Positions 19,192 to 27,724 of a DNA stretch of 64,000 nucleotides are shown here, in pieces; the stretch's first letter is position 1; the number at the start of each line of letters is the position of its first letter. The position numbers and the translations under genes are program-made. Origin of the DNA: an uncultured Gammaproteobacteria bacterium (lineage in GTDB: Bacteria; Patescibacteriota; Patescibacteriia; VMEV01; CAYQCH01); contig CAYGRO010000001.1 of assembly GCA_964352335.1 (NCBI GenBank), forward strand, positions 125,942 through 189,941. The letters are read 5' to 3'. Below the pieces are notes generated by a model. That model ran no database searches and was not told the origin of the DNA. It worked only from the letters and a program-made list of their open reading frames with translations.

Positions 19192-20550
19192 CTATTTGCC
19201 AAACTTCTCCCCCAAGTATCCTTTCAACTCTTCGATTTTAATCCGTTCTTGTTCCATGGTATCTCGGTCTCTTACCGTCACGGCTTGATCATCAAGTGTG
19301 TCGAAATCTACCGTAATACAATACGGTGTTCCAATTTCATCTTGCCGACGATATCGTTTCCCGATTGATTGAGTGATATCGAGCTCTGTTCGATAGCTTT
19401 TTGCTAATTGGTCCAGAATTTTTTGTGCTGGATCTACTAATTCATCTTTTTTAGATAATGGTAATACAGCTATCTGTATTGGTGCCATCTCTTTGGTGAA
19501 TTTCATAACTACCCGCTCGTCACCACCAACTTGCTCTTCTGTATATGCAGAAATAAGAATAGCTAACAATGTTCGGTCTACACCAAAAGTTGGCTCTATA
19601 ACATGTGGGGTAAATTTATTTGTATTATCGTCTGGATCTGTATAAATTAATTTTTCACCAGAATGTTCAGTATGATTTTTAAGATCAAAATCTGTTCGAT
19701 AAGCTAATCCCCAAAGTTCTTTTGTTCCAAAGGGAAATTCAAATTCAAAATCGATTGTTCGTTTTGAATAATGAGCCAAACTTTCTGCAGGTACTTCGTA
19801 ACGATGAAGTTTTTTTGTATCTACACCAATTTCTGCTGCCCAATTTTCCATCCATTTTGCCCATTCTTCAATTGAGCTTTCCCAATTTTCTTCTTTTAGG
19901 AAATATTCAATTTCCATTTGTTCGAACTCTAATGTTCGATACGTAAAATTCCCTGGAGTTATTTCATTTCGAAAAGCTTTTCCAATTTGAGCCATCCCAA
20001 ATGGAAGACGTTTTCTTGTCGTCTCTAAAACATTTTTAAAGTTTACAAACATCGCTTGTGCTGTTTCTGGACGCAAATAAACCGTCGTCTTGTCGTCCTC
20101 TGTTTTCCCGATTCCTGTTTCAAACATTAAATTAAATTGCTTGGCTTCACTCAAATCATTTCCGTCGGGGCTTTTAAGCTTATGTTCTTGAATGATTTTA
20201 TTAATGGCTTCAATTGGTTGGCCATCTACATTCATTTTCAATACTTCTTCAATTAAATGATCCGCTCGATAGCGTTTATGTGTTACGACATCTTCTACTA
20301 AAGGATCAGAAAAACCAGCCACATGACCAGATGCTTCCCAAACTTTTGGATTCATTAAAATAGCACCGTCTAAACCAACCATATCTTGACGTTGCTCGAC
20401 GACTTTATTCCACCAATTCTTTTTTAAATTCATGCGCATTTGCGCCCCCAAAGGACCGTAATCCCAAGAATTAGCAAGTCCTCCATAGATTTCGGACCCA
20501 GGGAAAATAAATCCACGACGTTTACAAAGCGAAATAATTTTATCCATCAT
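19192..20550 (-). CDS. glyQS: Glycyl-tRNA synthetase (alpha2 type)
   Basis: YLRPETAQ, GKAFRNEITPG, IEP.FGVDR and SIGKRYRRQDEIGTP motifs. Confidence 0.97.
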   Translation of the reverse strand: MMDKIISLCKRRGFIFPGSEIYGGLANSWDYGPLGAQMRMNLKKNWWNKVVEQRQDMVGLDGAILMNPKVWEASGHVAGFSDPLVEDVVTHKRYRADHLIEEVLKMNVDGQPIEAINKIIQEHKLKSPDGNDLSEAKQFNLMFETGIGKTEDDKTTVYLRPETAQAMFVNFKNVLETTRKRLPFGMAQIGKAFRNEITPGNFTYRTLEFEQMEIEYFLKEENWESSIEEWAKWMENWAAEIGVDTKKLHRYEVPAESLAHYSKRTIDFEFEFPFGTKELWGLAYRTDFDLKNHTEHSGEKLIYTDPDDNTNKFTPHVIEPTFGVDRTLLAILISAYTEEQVGGDERVVMKFTKEMAPIQIAVLPLSKKDELVDPAQKILDQLAKSYRTELDITQSIGKRYRRQDEIGTPYCITVDFDTLDDQAVTVRDRDTMEQERIKIEELKGYLGEKFGK

Positions 20551-20724
20551 ATTTTTTCTAAAACATGGCACATGGTGCATGATTCATTTCAATCATTTGA
20601 ATTAAAAATGGCCCCATGATCCATGTCTCATGAGACGTGATTTCTTTCTTCGAGTGTACCAATGAAAATGGGATGAGACAAGCCATCTATTGACAAAAAT
20701 GAGCATTTATGATATTGTCTTCAA

Positions 20725-21086
20725 ACGTTCGTAAAGAAGTGAGTTGTTGCGTTATTTGCTCAAAAAAGGAAACCCTGTCTCATTTGAGATGACTTCTGTC
20801 ATGAGAACTACCTCGTTGGTACTTCTCCAGATTCCGAGTAAAGACAAGACGAATCCTTTTGAACGAACCACCTTCTCCATTGCCTAAGAACAATCGAGAA
20901 GGGACAGACTTACTGCCGAGACGTTCACCCCCCTTAGAGAAGGAAATCCTCTCCCTGTTGGAGAAAAACACTGGTTGGTGTTAGGGAGATTCGTGAGCCT
21001 GGTCCCCAAGACCCGCTCATGTTGGGGTGTCGCAGTAAACCTCTGTTTCAGCGCCGTCGATTCATTTCGAGGGCGCTTTCTTTTTG
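20725..21086 (+). ncRNA. Candidate non-coding transcription unit
   Basis: TTGACA(20690)-17-TATTGT promoter, several hairpins and a terminator at 21050-21086; only a 32-codon ORF inside. Confidence 0.35.
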
Positions 21087-21106
21087 TAAAAAAACATTAA
21101 GGTAAA

Positions 21107-21135
21107 TTGACAAAAACACCCACCAATGCTACATT
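21107..21135 (+). promoter_or_regulatory. Sigma70 promoter of the tRNA-like transcript
   Basis: TTGACA-17 bp-TACATT with an extended -10 TG. Confidence 0.7.
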
Positions 21136-21213
21136 ATGAACACGAAGCAATTCGTTTCTCTCTCGTCTAGCTCCTCTCGCAGGTGCTTTTTTTTTGAGAG
21201 GAATACAATACAT

Positions 21214-21387
21214 GAGTGAGCCGACGAGAAGTCCAAAACGTCAGTGCCTGAAGGTTGGAGTAACTATGTACTAGTCCGAAACTTGGTCGTAGTAATACGG
21301 CGGAGAAGTACGATACTAGCCCGTAACGGTACGTAGAGACAAAGACTGAACAAGCCCAGTATACATAACTGCTTGTTCGGCTCACTC
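21214..21387 (+). ncRNA. Candidate structured RNA domain closed by an 11-bp helix
   Basis: GAGTGAGCCGA/TCGGCTCACTC closing stem; internal hairpins including TCGTA-GTAA-TACGG. Confidence 0.45.
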
Positions 21388-21391
21388 GCCC

Positions 21392-21464
21392 GTGGATGTA
21401 GCTTAACAGGGAGAGCACGTCATCAAAAGTGACGAAGGTAGGGGTTCGAGACCCTTCATCCACA
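21392..21464 (+). tRNA. Atypical tRNA-like cloverleaf (loop TCAAAAG, nominal anticodon AAA)
   Basis: Acceptor GTGGATG/CATCCAC, D arm, anticodon stem CGTCA/TGACG, T loop TTCGAGA; lacks U33 and has no encoded CCA. Confidence 0.6.
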
Positions 21465-21472
21465 AACAACAA

Positions 21473-21546
21473 GCTCATATAGCTCAATTGGTTAGAGCAC
21501 GTCATTGATAACGACGAGGTTCAAGGTTCGAGTCCTTGTGTGAGTG
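21473..21546 (+). tRNA. tRNA-Ile(GAT)-like, divergent
   Basis: TAGCTCAATTGGTTAGAGC D arm, loop TTGATAA and CAAGG-TTCGAGT-CCTTG T arm; G-U pairs in the acceptor stem and an A-C mismatch in the anticodon stem. Confidence 0.7.
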
Positions 21547-21674
21547 TAGAGACAGCCATTCGGATAGGTGGAAATCTTCTACCCCACGCCTATTGAGGTC
21601 GCCCCCTCACTGTCTCGCCTATTCTGACCCCTCGAATCGATGTTTACGCATTGGCTCGAGGGTTCTTCTTTTTG

Positions 21675-21760
21675 AAAAAAGTTAGAAAACTAAAAAACTG
21701 AAAAGCTAAAAAACAGACAATTTTTTAGCTTTTCAGTTTTTTAGTTTTTTAGTTTTACTA
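21675..21760. repeat. Inverted array of ~8-nt AAAA(A/G)CT(A/G) units; gene-less copy of the element flanking the four-helix-bundle gene
   Basis: AAAACTGAAAAGCTAAAAAA...TTTTTTAGCTTTTCAGTTTTTT; the same units occur at 60228-60260 and 60653-60693. Confidence 0.7.
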
Positions 21761-23464
21761 TTACATCTCCTCTACAATTTCTATCCCTAATAACCAAAGT
21801 CCATTTTTAATGGTTTGAGCAACGGCTTTAGTTAAAGCAAGCTTATAAGAAGTTTGAGGATTCCCTTCTTCAATAATTTTTGTATTTCCATACCAAGAAT
21901 TATAGGTATGTGCTAAAAGCAATAAATAATTCGCAATATAATGAGAAGAATAATTCTTTAATGATTTTTCTACTTCTTCTGGCAACCGTAGAACAATTTT
22001 TTCTACTTCTGTTGTTTGCCAATCAGCTGGTAATTCGGCAATTGCTTGTAAGCCTAAACTTTCTGCTTTTCGTAACACAGATTTAGACCGAGCATAAGTA
22101 TATTGTAAATACGGACCAGTGTCTCCTTCAAACGAAAGGCTTTTTTCAAAATCAAAAATGATATCGCTACCAGCAGATTGGCTTAAAATAGAAAACTTGA
22201 TTGCAGCGATAGAAATTTTCATTGCAACTTCAGAATCTGAAACAGTATCTCGTGCCAAGACTTGTTCTTGTACCTGATTAATCAAATCTTCAGCTGCAAT
22301 AATACTCCCTGTTCGAGAAGACATTTTCCCACTTGGTAAACGTAACATTCCATGCCCAATATGCTTGGTTTTTTCTTGTAACTCTGGGTAAATAAAAGAC
22401 ATGGCTTTTAAGAGCACTTGAAAATACTGATTGATTTCATTCCCTGTCACTACAACCGAAAGATCATATGGATAGGTTTCGTATTTAATCTTTGCTAACC
22501 CTAATTCTTTGGCCTCATACGTTGGTAAGCCCTCTGCATTTTTAAAGACACGTGTATGAAGGTCATATTTTTCTCCAGGAAAAATAATAGCGCCTTTGCT
22601 TTCTTCAAAAATTCCTTTTTGTAAATATTCATCTACCAAAGCCATGCCTGTACTGGCAACTTTGCTTTCAAAAAAGTAGTAATCGAATTTTGTTCCAAGT
22701 ATTTTATATTGCAATTCAAAGTAATCAAGACTTACTAGTCTTCCCCATGCATATAAATCATTTAATGTTTCATCGCTTTGTTCGTAAACTTGTTTATTGA
22801 TTTTTTTGATTGCTTCTGAAACATTTTCTTCTCCTTCACTATAAGCGGTAGAACCTTTGGCATAGGCTTGGCCTAAATACACTACTTGTTCAGACAATGA
22901 TTTTTCTTTAGGGATATTTTCTACCCCCATCGCAATAATTCCCCAAAGTGATTTGGCCACATGCATACCAACATCGCCTTGATAACAAGCTCTTTTAATT
23001 TCTGCGCCAGACCATTCAATGATACGAGAAAAAGATTCTCCTAAAGTATTATTCATTAAATGTCCGATATGCAAAACCTTAAATGGGTTTGGATCTGTAT
23101 ATTCTACAATCGCTTTTTTCTTTTCTAAGAGAGTGTTCTTTCCAAAGTTTTCGTCGATCGTTTGTAAATTTGTACTAAAAACTTCTGGTAAAATTGTAAG
23201 ATTAATAAACCCAGGACCAGCAACTTCCATTTTATCTACTATGGAATGTAATTCTTTATGATGAGATAAAGAAGCAATAATTTCTTCTGCAATCTCTCTT
23301 GGATTTCTGCCTAATTGTTTAGCCAATTTCATCGCAACTGTTAAAGCGTAATCCCCATGCGTTAAATCTGCTGGATGTTCTAAAACAAAATTAATCTCCG
23401 CTTCTGGATAAAGCGTTTTTAAAACCTGATCAATGATTATTGATAATTGCTGATTGATCTTCAT
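21761..23464 (-). CDS. argS: Arginyl-tRNA synthetase
   Basis: HGDY, AGPGFIN, HIGH, KMSSR and GDTGPYLQY motifs; start at 23464. Confidence 0.97.
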   Translation of the reverse strand: MKINQQLSIIIDQVLKTLYPEAEINFVLEHPADLTHGDYALTVAMKLAKQLGRNPREIAEEIIASLSHHKELHSIVDKMEVAGPGFINLTILPEVFSTNLQTIDENFGKNTLLEKKKAIVEYTDPNPFKVLHIGHLMNNTLGESFSRIIEWSGAEIKRACYQGDVGMHVAKSLWGIIAMGVENIPKEKSLSEQVVYLGQAYAKGSTAYSEGEENVSEAIKKINKQVYEQSDETLNDLYAWGRLVSLDYFELQYKILGTKFDYYFFESKVASTGMALVDEYLQKGIFEESKGAIIFPGEKYDLHTRVFKNAEGLPTYEAKELGLAKIKYETYPYDLSVVVTGNEINQYFQVLLKAMSFIYPELQEKTKHIGHGMLRLPSGKMSSRTGSIIAAEDLINQVQEQVLARDTVSDSEVAMKISIAAIKFSILSQSAGSDIIFDFEKSLSFEGDTGPYLQYTYARSKSVLRKAESLGLQAIAELPADWQTTEVEKIVLRLPEEVEKSLKNYSSHYIANYLLLLAHTYNSWYGNTKIIEEGNPQTSYKLALTKAVAQTIKNGLWLLGIEIVEEM

Positions 23465-23562
23465 ATACGTTGATACTAGCAATACTTCTCTAAAAAATGA
23501 AGACGGCCCCAAGTCCAGGAAGGACAAGGGGCACGACTTGTGCGTCTCGTTGGTCTACTGAC

Positions 23563-23967
23563 CTAGAGCGAATCGCCCGGATCTCGGCTACGGCCAGAGA
23601 TGTCGATCTGGATGTACCGGATGACACTGAGCGGGATGCGAAAGCGACGACGAATGAGCACGGTACTTCCTACCTGCTCTGCAGGGAAGTCCTTGATCAT
23701 CGCACCGAAGCCACCTGGCGTGCACTCAGCTTCCTTGATCGAGTCGAGTGTCTCCCACTTCCCTCGACGGTTGGGGTTGATGGTCAAGACCAGAATGATC
23801 TGGCCCTGCGCCGTCCCTTCGTGGTCTGGCACGAGAGTGATGCTCTCGATATAGGGTGAACGAAAGAGTTCCCCTGTCACTAGACGACCGACCTCTTCTA
23901 AGGTCTTGCCATGCACGATGGCCAACTGCTTTTCATGCTTCACGATAACTTGGTCCGAACCCGACAT
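23563..23967 (-). CDS. Hypothetical protein (GC-rich ORFan)
   Basis: GGGGAGG RBS before the ATG; 134 codons. Confidence 0.55.
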   Translation of the reverse strand: MSGSDQVIVKHEKQLAIVHGKTLEEVGRLVTGELFRSPYIESITLVPDHEGTAQGQIILVLTINPNRRGKWETLDSIKEAECTPGGFGAMIKDFPAEQVGSTVLIRRRFRIPLSVIRYIQIDISGRSRDPGDSL

Positions 23968-24015
23968 ATGCCCTCCCCAGGCTTGTTTGTTTTTTCCTCA
24001 CCACAAAAACGGATT

Positions 24016-24159
24016 TTATGATGAGATCTTACGACGTTTCTCCATGAGCTTAGTTGCCACCACCAGAATACTTGCTCCACATAGCGCAATGCTAATACAA
24101 ACCAAGTCTCCGATGAAGGCACGAAAAGAAGGTTCTGTCTGACCCTCTTGATCTGACAT
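24016..24159 (-). CDS. Small single-TM protein (47 aa)
   Basis: AAGAGGAG RBS, ATG at 24159, hydrophobic core followed by a basic tail. Confidence 0.55.
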   Translation of the reverse strand: MSDQEGQTEPSFRAFIGDLVCISIALCGASILVVATKLMEKRRKISS

Positions 24160-24268
24160 AACTCCTCTTTTCTTGATTACGAGATACTTATTTATAGCGT
24201 ATATATACAGGTAGAACAAGGCTTGTGTTGACAAAAACCAATATTTATTGTATTATTATCCTAATTCT

Positions 24269-24712
24269 ATGCCTACATTAGCCGTAAATAAAAAAGCCCG
24301 ATTTGACTATGAAATCCTCGAAACTTATGAGGCTGGCTTAGTATTGACGGGTCAAGAAGTAAAGTCGGCGAAAAAAGGACGAATCAATTTAAAAGGAAGC
24401 TATGTAACTTTGACCAATGGAACAGCGAGTGTTTTGAATATGCATATTTCAAAATATGAGAAAGCAGGACATTTACCTGACTATAAACCTGACCGAACAA
24501 GATTATTGCTTTTGCATAAAAAAGAAATGATCAAGCTCATGGGAAAAAAAGATGAACAAGGACTTACATTAGTTCCGATTAAAGTGTATACAAAAAGAAA
24601 TAAAATCAAATTAGAATTTGGACTTGGTCGCGGGAAGAAAAAATACGACAAGCGACAAGATCTTAAAGACAAGGATATTAAAAAAAGAATGAAACGAGAT
24701 TATGGGGTTTAA
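24269..24712 (+). CDS. smpB: SsrA-binding protein
   Basis: NKKARFDY, EAGLVLTGQEVKS and GKKKYDKR motifs; adjacent to tmRNA. Confidence 0.97.
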   Translation: MPTLAVNKKARFDYEILETYEAGLVLTGQEVKSAKKGRINLKGSYVTLTNGTASVLNMHISKYEKAGHLPDYKPDRTRLLLLHKKEMIKLMGKKDEQGLTLVPIKVYTKRNKIKLEFGLGRGKKKYDKRQDLKDKDIKKRMKRDYGV

Positions 24713-24821
24713 TTGTTACAACTGACAATTGACCACTGACAACGGACTGATTCCCCTTCTCGCAACGGAGTTGATTCTATTTCTAGATCAAGATTCTAGA
24801 CTTAGAGTGCGACTGCGTCGC

Positions 24822-25220
24822 GGGGATGCCGGGAATCGATAGGAGGATTCTTTAACAACAAGGCATGTCGAGGTTGATAGATTTTCCTCGTAAATACAGA
24901 TCTATCTAATGATAAGTGCAAAAACACTTACACGCGCTAAAAACGTTCTTGCTAATGCATTTTCGTTCAGCGCGGTTCCAGTTTTAGCCTAAGCGCTTAA
25001 AACTCATCGACTCTCTGACGTCTTCTAGGAGTCAGTCGGTGCCATATCAGAAGACTGGGTTACATTTGTTCCCTCACTTGTAACTAAGAAAATTGGGATA
25101 AGGATTCTGTCATTTTGTTTGTCTTAAGGCAGCATCCCGAAAATTTAGGACAAACTAAACATGTAGTCTTCTTGATTAAAACCTAACTACACGGGGGTTC
25201 AACTCCCCCCATCTCCACCA
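24822..25220 (+). ncRNA. ssrA: tmRNA; tag reading frame AKTLTRAKNVLANAFSFSAVPVLA* (24918-24992)
   Basis: GGGGATG/CATCTCC acceptor with G3-U, T arm GGGGGTTCAACTCCCCC, ACCA end, resume context ATAAGT-GCA; follows smpB. Confidence 0.95.
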
Positions 25221-25294
25221 GAAAACACCTTCGCTTGAAGGTGTTTTTTGTATCCCCTATTGACACTCCGCCTTTTTTATAGTATCGTACACAG

Positions 25295-25772
25295 TCGCAA
25301 AACCAAGGAGGGTACTATGCGATTATAGAGGTTTGCTCCCGGTAAGTTCTCCCCGGTGAGTAAAAACCAAAACAAGCACATCCATCACCCCCTCATACCG
25401 CGCTGCGGACTGAGGGCACCAAGCTACCGCTGTCTTAGTGACAATTAGCCGAAGAGGTGTAGAGACACCTGCGGTAGCTATCCCACCTGTGAGAACCCGA
25501 TTGGTTGAGTCGGAGGCGGCATGTAGTCTCTCATTTCTGCAAAGTGCAGAATGCAATCATGCCATAACGGTTGCTAGATCCTGGGCCACCTCGAATAGAG
25601 CCTTTGCGAAAGGAACCATTCGTGCGGAATTGATCACCGCTACGAATATCGAGCCCCAGTAAAACGCGATTGTCAGATCATGCGCGAGTGTCGCAGTAAA
25701 TGGGCCAGTCTATCTTTCACAGATAGACTGGCCCCGGATGTAAGTGGTTCATACTGAACCATTTACATCCGG
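25295..25772 (+). ncRNA. Candidate ~480-nt highly structured ncRNA or leader
   Basis: TTGACA(25260)-17-TATCGT promoter; nested helices and two long terminal hairpins. Confidence 0.5.
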
Positions 25773-25805
25773 AACGCCAAACAAGAACAGAATGAGAGTC
25801 ATCGA

Positions 25806-26168
25806 GTGCAGACACCAGCAAACCAGAAAAACGACGAGCTGCGGAAGAGGTTGTACATCGTCTACCTAAGCTGGATGATCAACATCCTCCTCAGGGAGAA
25901 TCACCCTGAGGACTCCATCACTCCAATCAAGCGCCAGATGGAGAAGGCCCTCAAGACCCGCGAGCTCGAGGAACAACTCAAGGAACTGGGCAGCGTCTTC
26001 GATGAGTGCTACGGCATTTTCAAGAAGACGTTCTACAACCTCAACCGGTATCAACCACCGGAGTTCGCCCGAGAGGTGGCCATGAACGACAACAATCTCG
26101 AGCGAGGAGGCCTCGTCCTCCAGATCGAGCGAGCGAAAGAGCTGGATCTCTTCACTCGACTCAACTAA
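25806..26168 (+). CDS. Hypothetical protein (GC-rich ORFan)
   Basis: 120-codon ORF with strong C/G third-position bias. Confidence 0.65.
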   Translation: MQTPANQKNDELRKRLYIVYLSWMINILLRENHPEDSITPIKRQMEKALKTRELEEQLKELGSVFDECYGIFKKTFYNLNRYQPPEFAREVAMNDNNLERGGLVLQIERAKELDLFTRLN

Positions 26169-26217
26169 ATCGCCCACCCAGCACCAGGGTCTGAGCATAG
26201 TGCTCAACAAGGACTCA

Positions 26218-26856
26218 TCATGGTGCTAGCGGTGGGTTTTTGTTTTGTTTTTTTAAATTTTGCAAATCTTCATTCCATTTGTTTACATTGTTAATGATAT
26301 ATCTCCTCGCATTAAATAAATGGGTTTCATTTCGAATAATTGTTTCATGATAATTTCGTTGCCATATTATTCCATCAAATCCAGACAACCGAGCCTCACG
26401 CGTAACCGCAGATTTATATGACCGAATAATGGCCGATAATGAACCAGGTTTAATCACGCCATATGCCGGCACACACCCCACCCGGGAATGATTCGTACGC
26501 CAACGGCGACGGAGGGGCGCAGCATGCTGCGCCCCTCCGTCGCCGTTGGCGTCATCGGGTTTGGCGCGTGGGGTGTGTGCCGGCTGGTGATCAACATGAT
26601 TCTTGATATGAATCATCGCATGCACATGGTCGGGCATGATAATAAATTCATCAACAACAACATTTGGAAAATGGTTCGGTATTTCTTGTAAAAACCTTTC
26701 TGCAATTTCACCATATTTTGATAAATTCATTTTGCCGTTTTTTATGTGACCAAATAACCTTAATCGATCTTTGGTACAAATCGTGACAAAATAATATCCG
26801 ATCGAACAATAATCATGCATTCGTAACCGAATTGATCTTCTCCCACCATCTCGCAT
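26218..26856 (-). CDS. REP-associated tyrosine transposase (RAYT, Y1 HUH)
   Basis: RRSIRL..DY, YFVTICT, MPDHVH (HUH) and WQRNYHE.IIRN...YI.NN motifs; internal REP palindrome. Confidence 0.88.
   Translation of the reverse strand: MRDGGRRSIRLRMHDYCSIGYYFVTICTKDRLRLFGHIKNGKMNLSKYGEIAERFLQEIPNHFPNVVVDEFIIMPDHVHAMIHIKNHVDHQPAHTPRAKPDDANGDGGAQHAAPLRRRWRTNHSRVGCVPAYGVIKPGSLSAIIRSYKSAVTREARLSGFDGIIWQRNYHETIIRNETHLFNARRYIINNVNKWNEDLQNLKKQNKNPPLAP
26511..26538. repeat. REP-like palindrome inside the RAYT gene
   Basis: GGAGGGGCGCAGCATGCTGCGCCCCTCC, a perfect palindrome encoding GGAQHAAPL. Confidence 0.75.
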
Positions 26857-26985
26857 AAAAAATACCCCACAGCAATAGCATTGATGTGAGGTGCTTATAT
26901 TATACCATACCCATTGACACCCCACTCTTTTTTTATTCCACCCCCCAATGATAAAATATCCACACTAACCCTTAACCATATCCCT

Positions 26986-27132
26986 ATGTTCTTATTCGAC
27001 GGAGAAGGAGCTTCTTGCTCTGGAGACGGTGGATCTTGTTCTGGTGAAGAACACAAAGAAGAAGGAATGGAATCTGCAGAAGGTGAAGAAGCAGGTTCTT
27101 GCGAAGGTGGATCTTGTGGTGGAGGTGAATAG
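26986..27132 (+). CDS. 48-aa acidic Gly/Ser/Cys-rich peptide (MFLFDGEGASCSGDGGSCSG...SCEGGSCGGGE)
   Basis: ATG at 26986, host-like codons, four SC motifs, and a terminator at 27151-27183. Confidence 0.7.
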   Translation: MFLFDGEGASCSGDGGSCSGEEHKEEGMESAEGEEAGSCEGGSCGGGE

Positions 27133-27210
27133 TTTTCACTTCATAGATCTAGAAAAGAGCTTATGATAAGCTCTTTTCTTTTTGGAAAAAATACGGCAAA
27201 CTATTTTTAT

Positions 27211-27588
27211 ATGGATACATCAAATTTTTCTCCCACATTAGAAGAAGTTGACAATTACCCAAGCCCCGAAATGCTTATCCCGCGTATTGCAAAAGAACAT
27301 GGGTATTCACAAGATGATGCGACCAACTTATTGAAAGAAGCAAAGCGAATGTTGTATTTAAGTGTGCGAACCAAATCTCGCATTTCCCCCTCTATTAAAG
27401 TAGACGATGCTTGGCATGAAATGCTTATGTTTACTCGTTATTATAAAGAGTTTTCAGAATTCATCGGCGGATTTATTCACCATGACCCAACACCAGGACC
27501 GCCAGATGGAGGAAAAACCTATAAAGCGACTAAAGAAAATTACGAACAAACCTTTGGAATACAACCAGACCCTCGCTATTGGCGCTAA
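27211..27588 (+). CDS. Glycine-rich-domain (GRDP/TIGR04222-like) core protein lacking its Gly-rich tail
   Basis: PS..VDDAWH.MLMFTR.Y..F...GGFIHHDP signature. Confidence 0.75.
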   Translation: MDTSNFSPTLEEVDNYPSPEMLIPRIAKEHGYSQDDATNLLKEAKRMLYLSVRTKSRISPSIKVDDAWHEMLMFTRYYKEFSEFIGGFIHHDPTPGPPDGGKTYKATKENYEQTFGIQPDPRYWR

Positions 27589-27724
27589 TCCTTGCAATTT
27601 TAAAGCTTTTATCCTATAATCCTATCAACCCTAAAAGACGGGGTTGTTTTCAATCTCAATGGTTTTAGCCATTGAATGCCATTTTCTCTACAAGAGAAGA
27701 TATTGGCTAACTTAAGCACAAAAA

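Noticed and set aside
21136-21219. Ser-rich leader peptide MNTKQFVSLSSSSSRRCFFF... as an attenuator
   Set aside because: Its ATG abuts the -10 box and lies upstream of the predicted transcription start.
21214-21387. 6S RNA, SRP RNA or hammerhead ribozyme
   Set aside because: The fold is multibranch rather than rod-like, there is no SRP GGAA/AGCAG motif, and no complete CUGANGA...GAAA core.
21675-21760. CRISPR array (also considered for the other periodic repeats)
   Set aside because: Units are 7-8 nt without unique spacers, and there are no cas genes.
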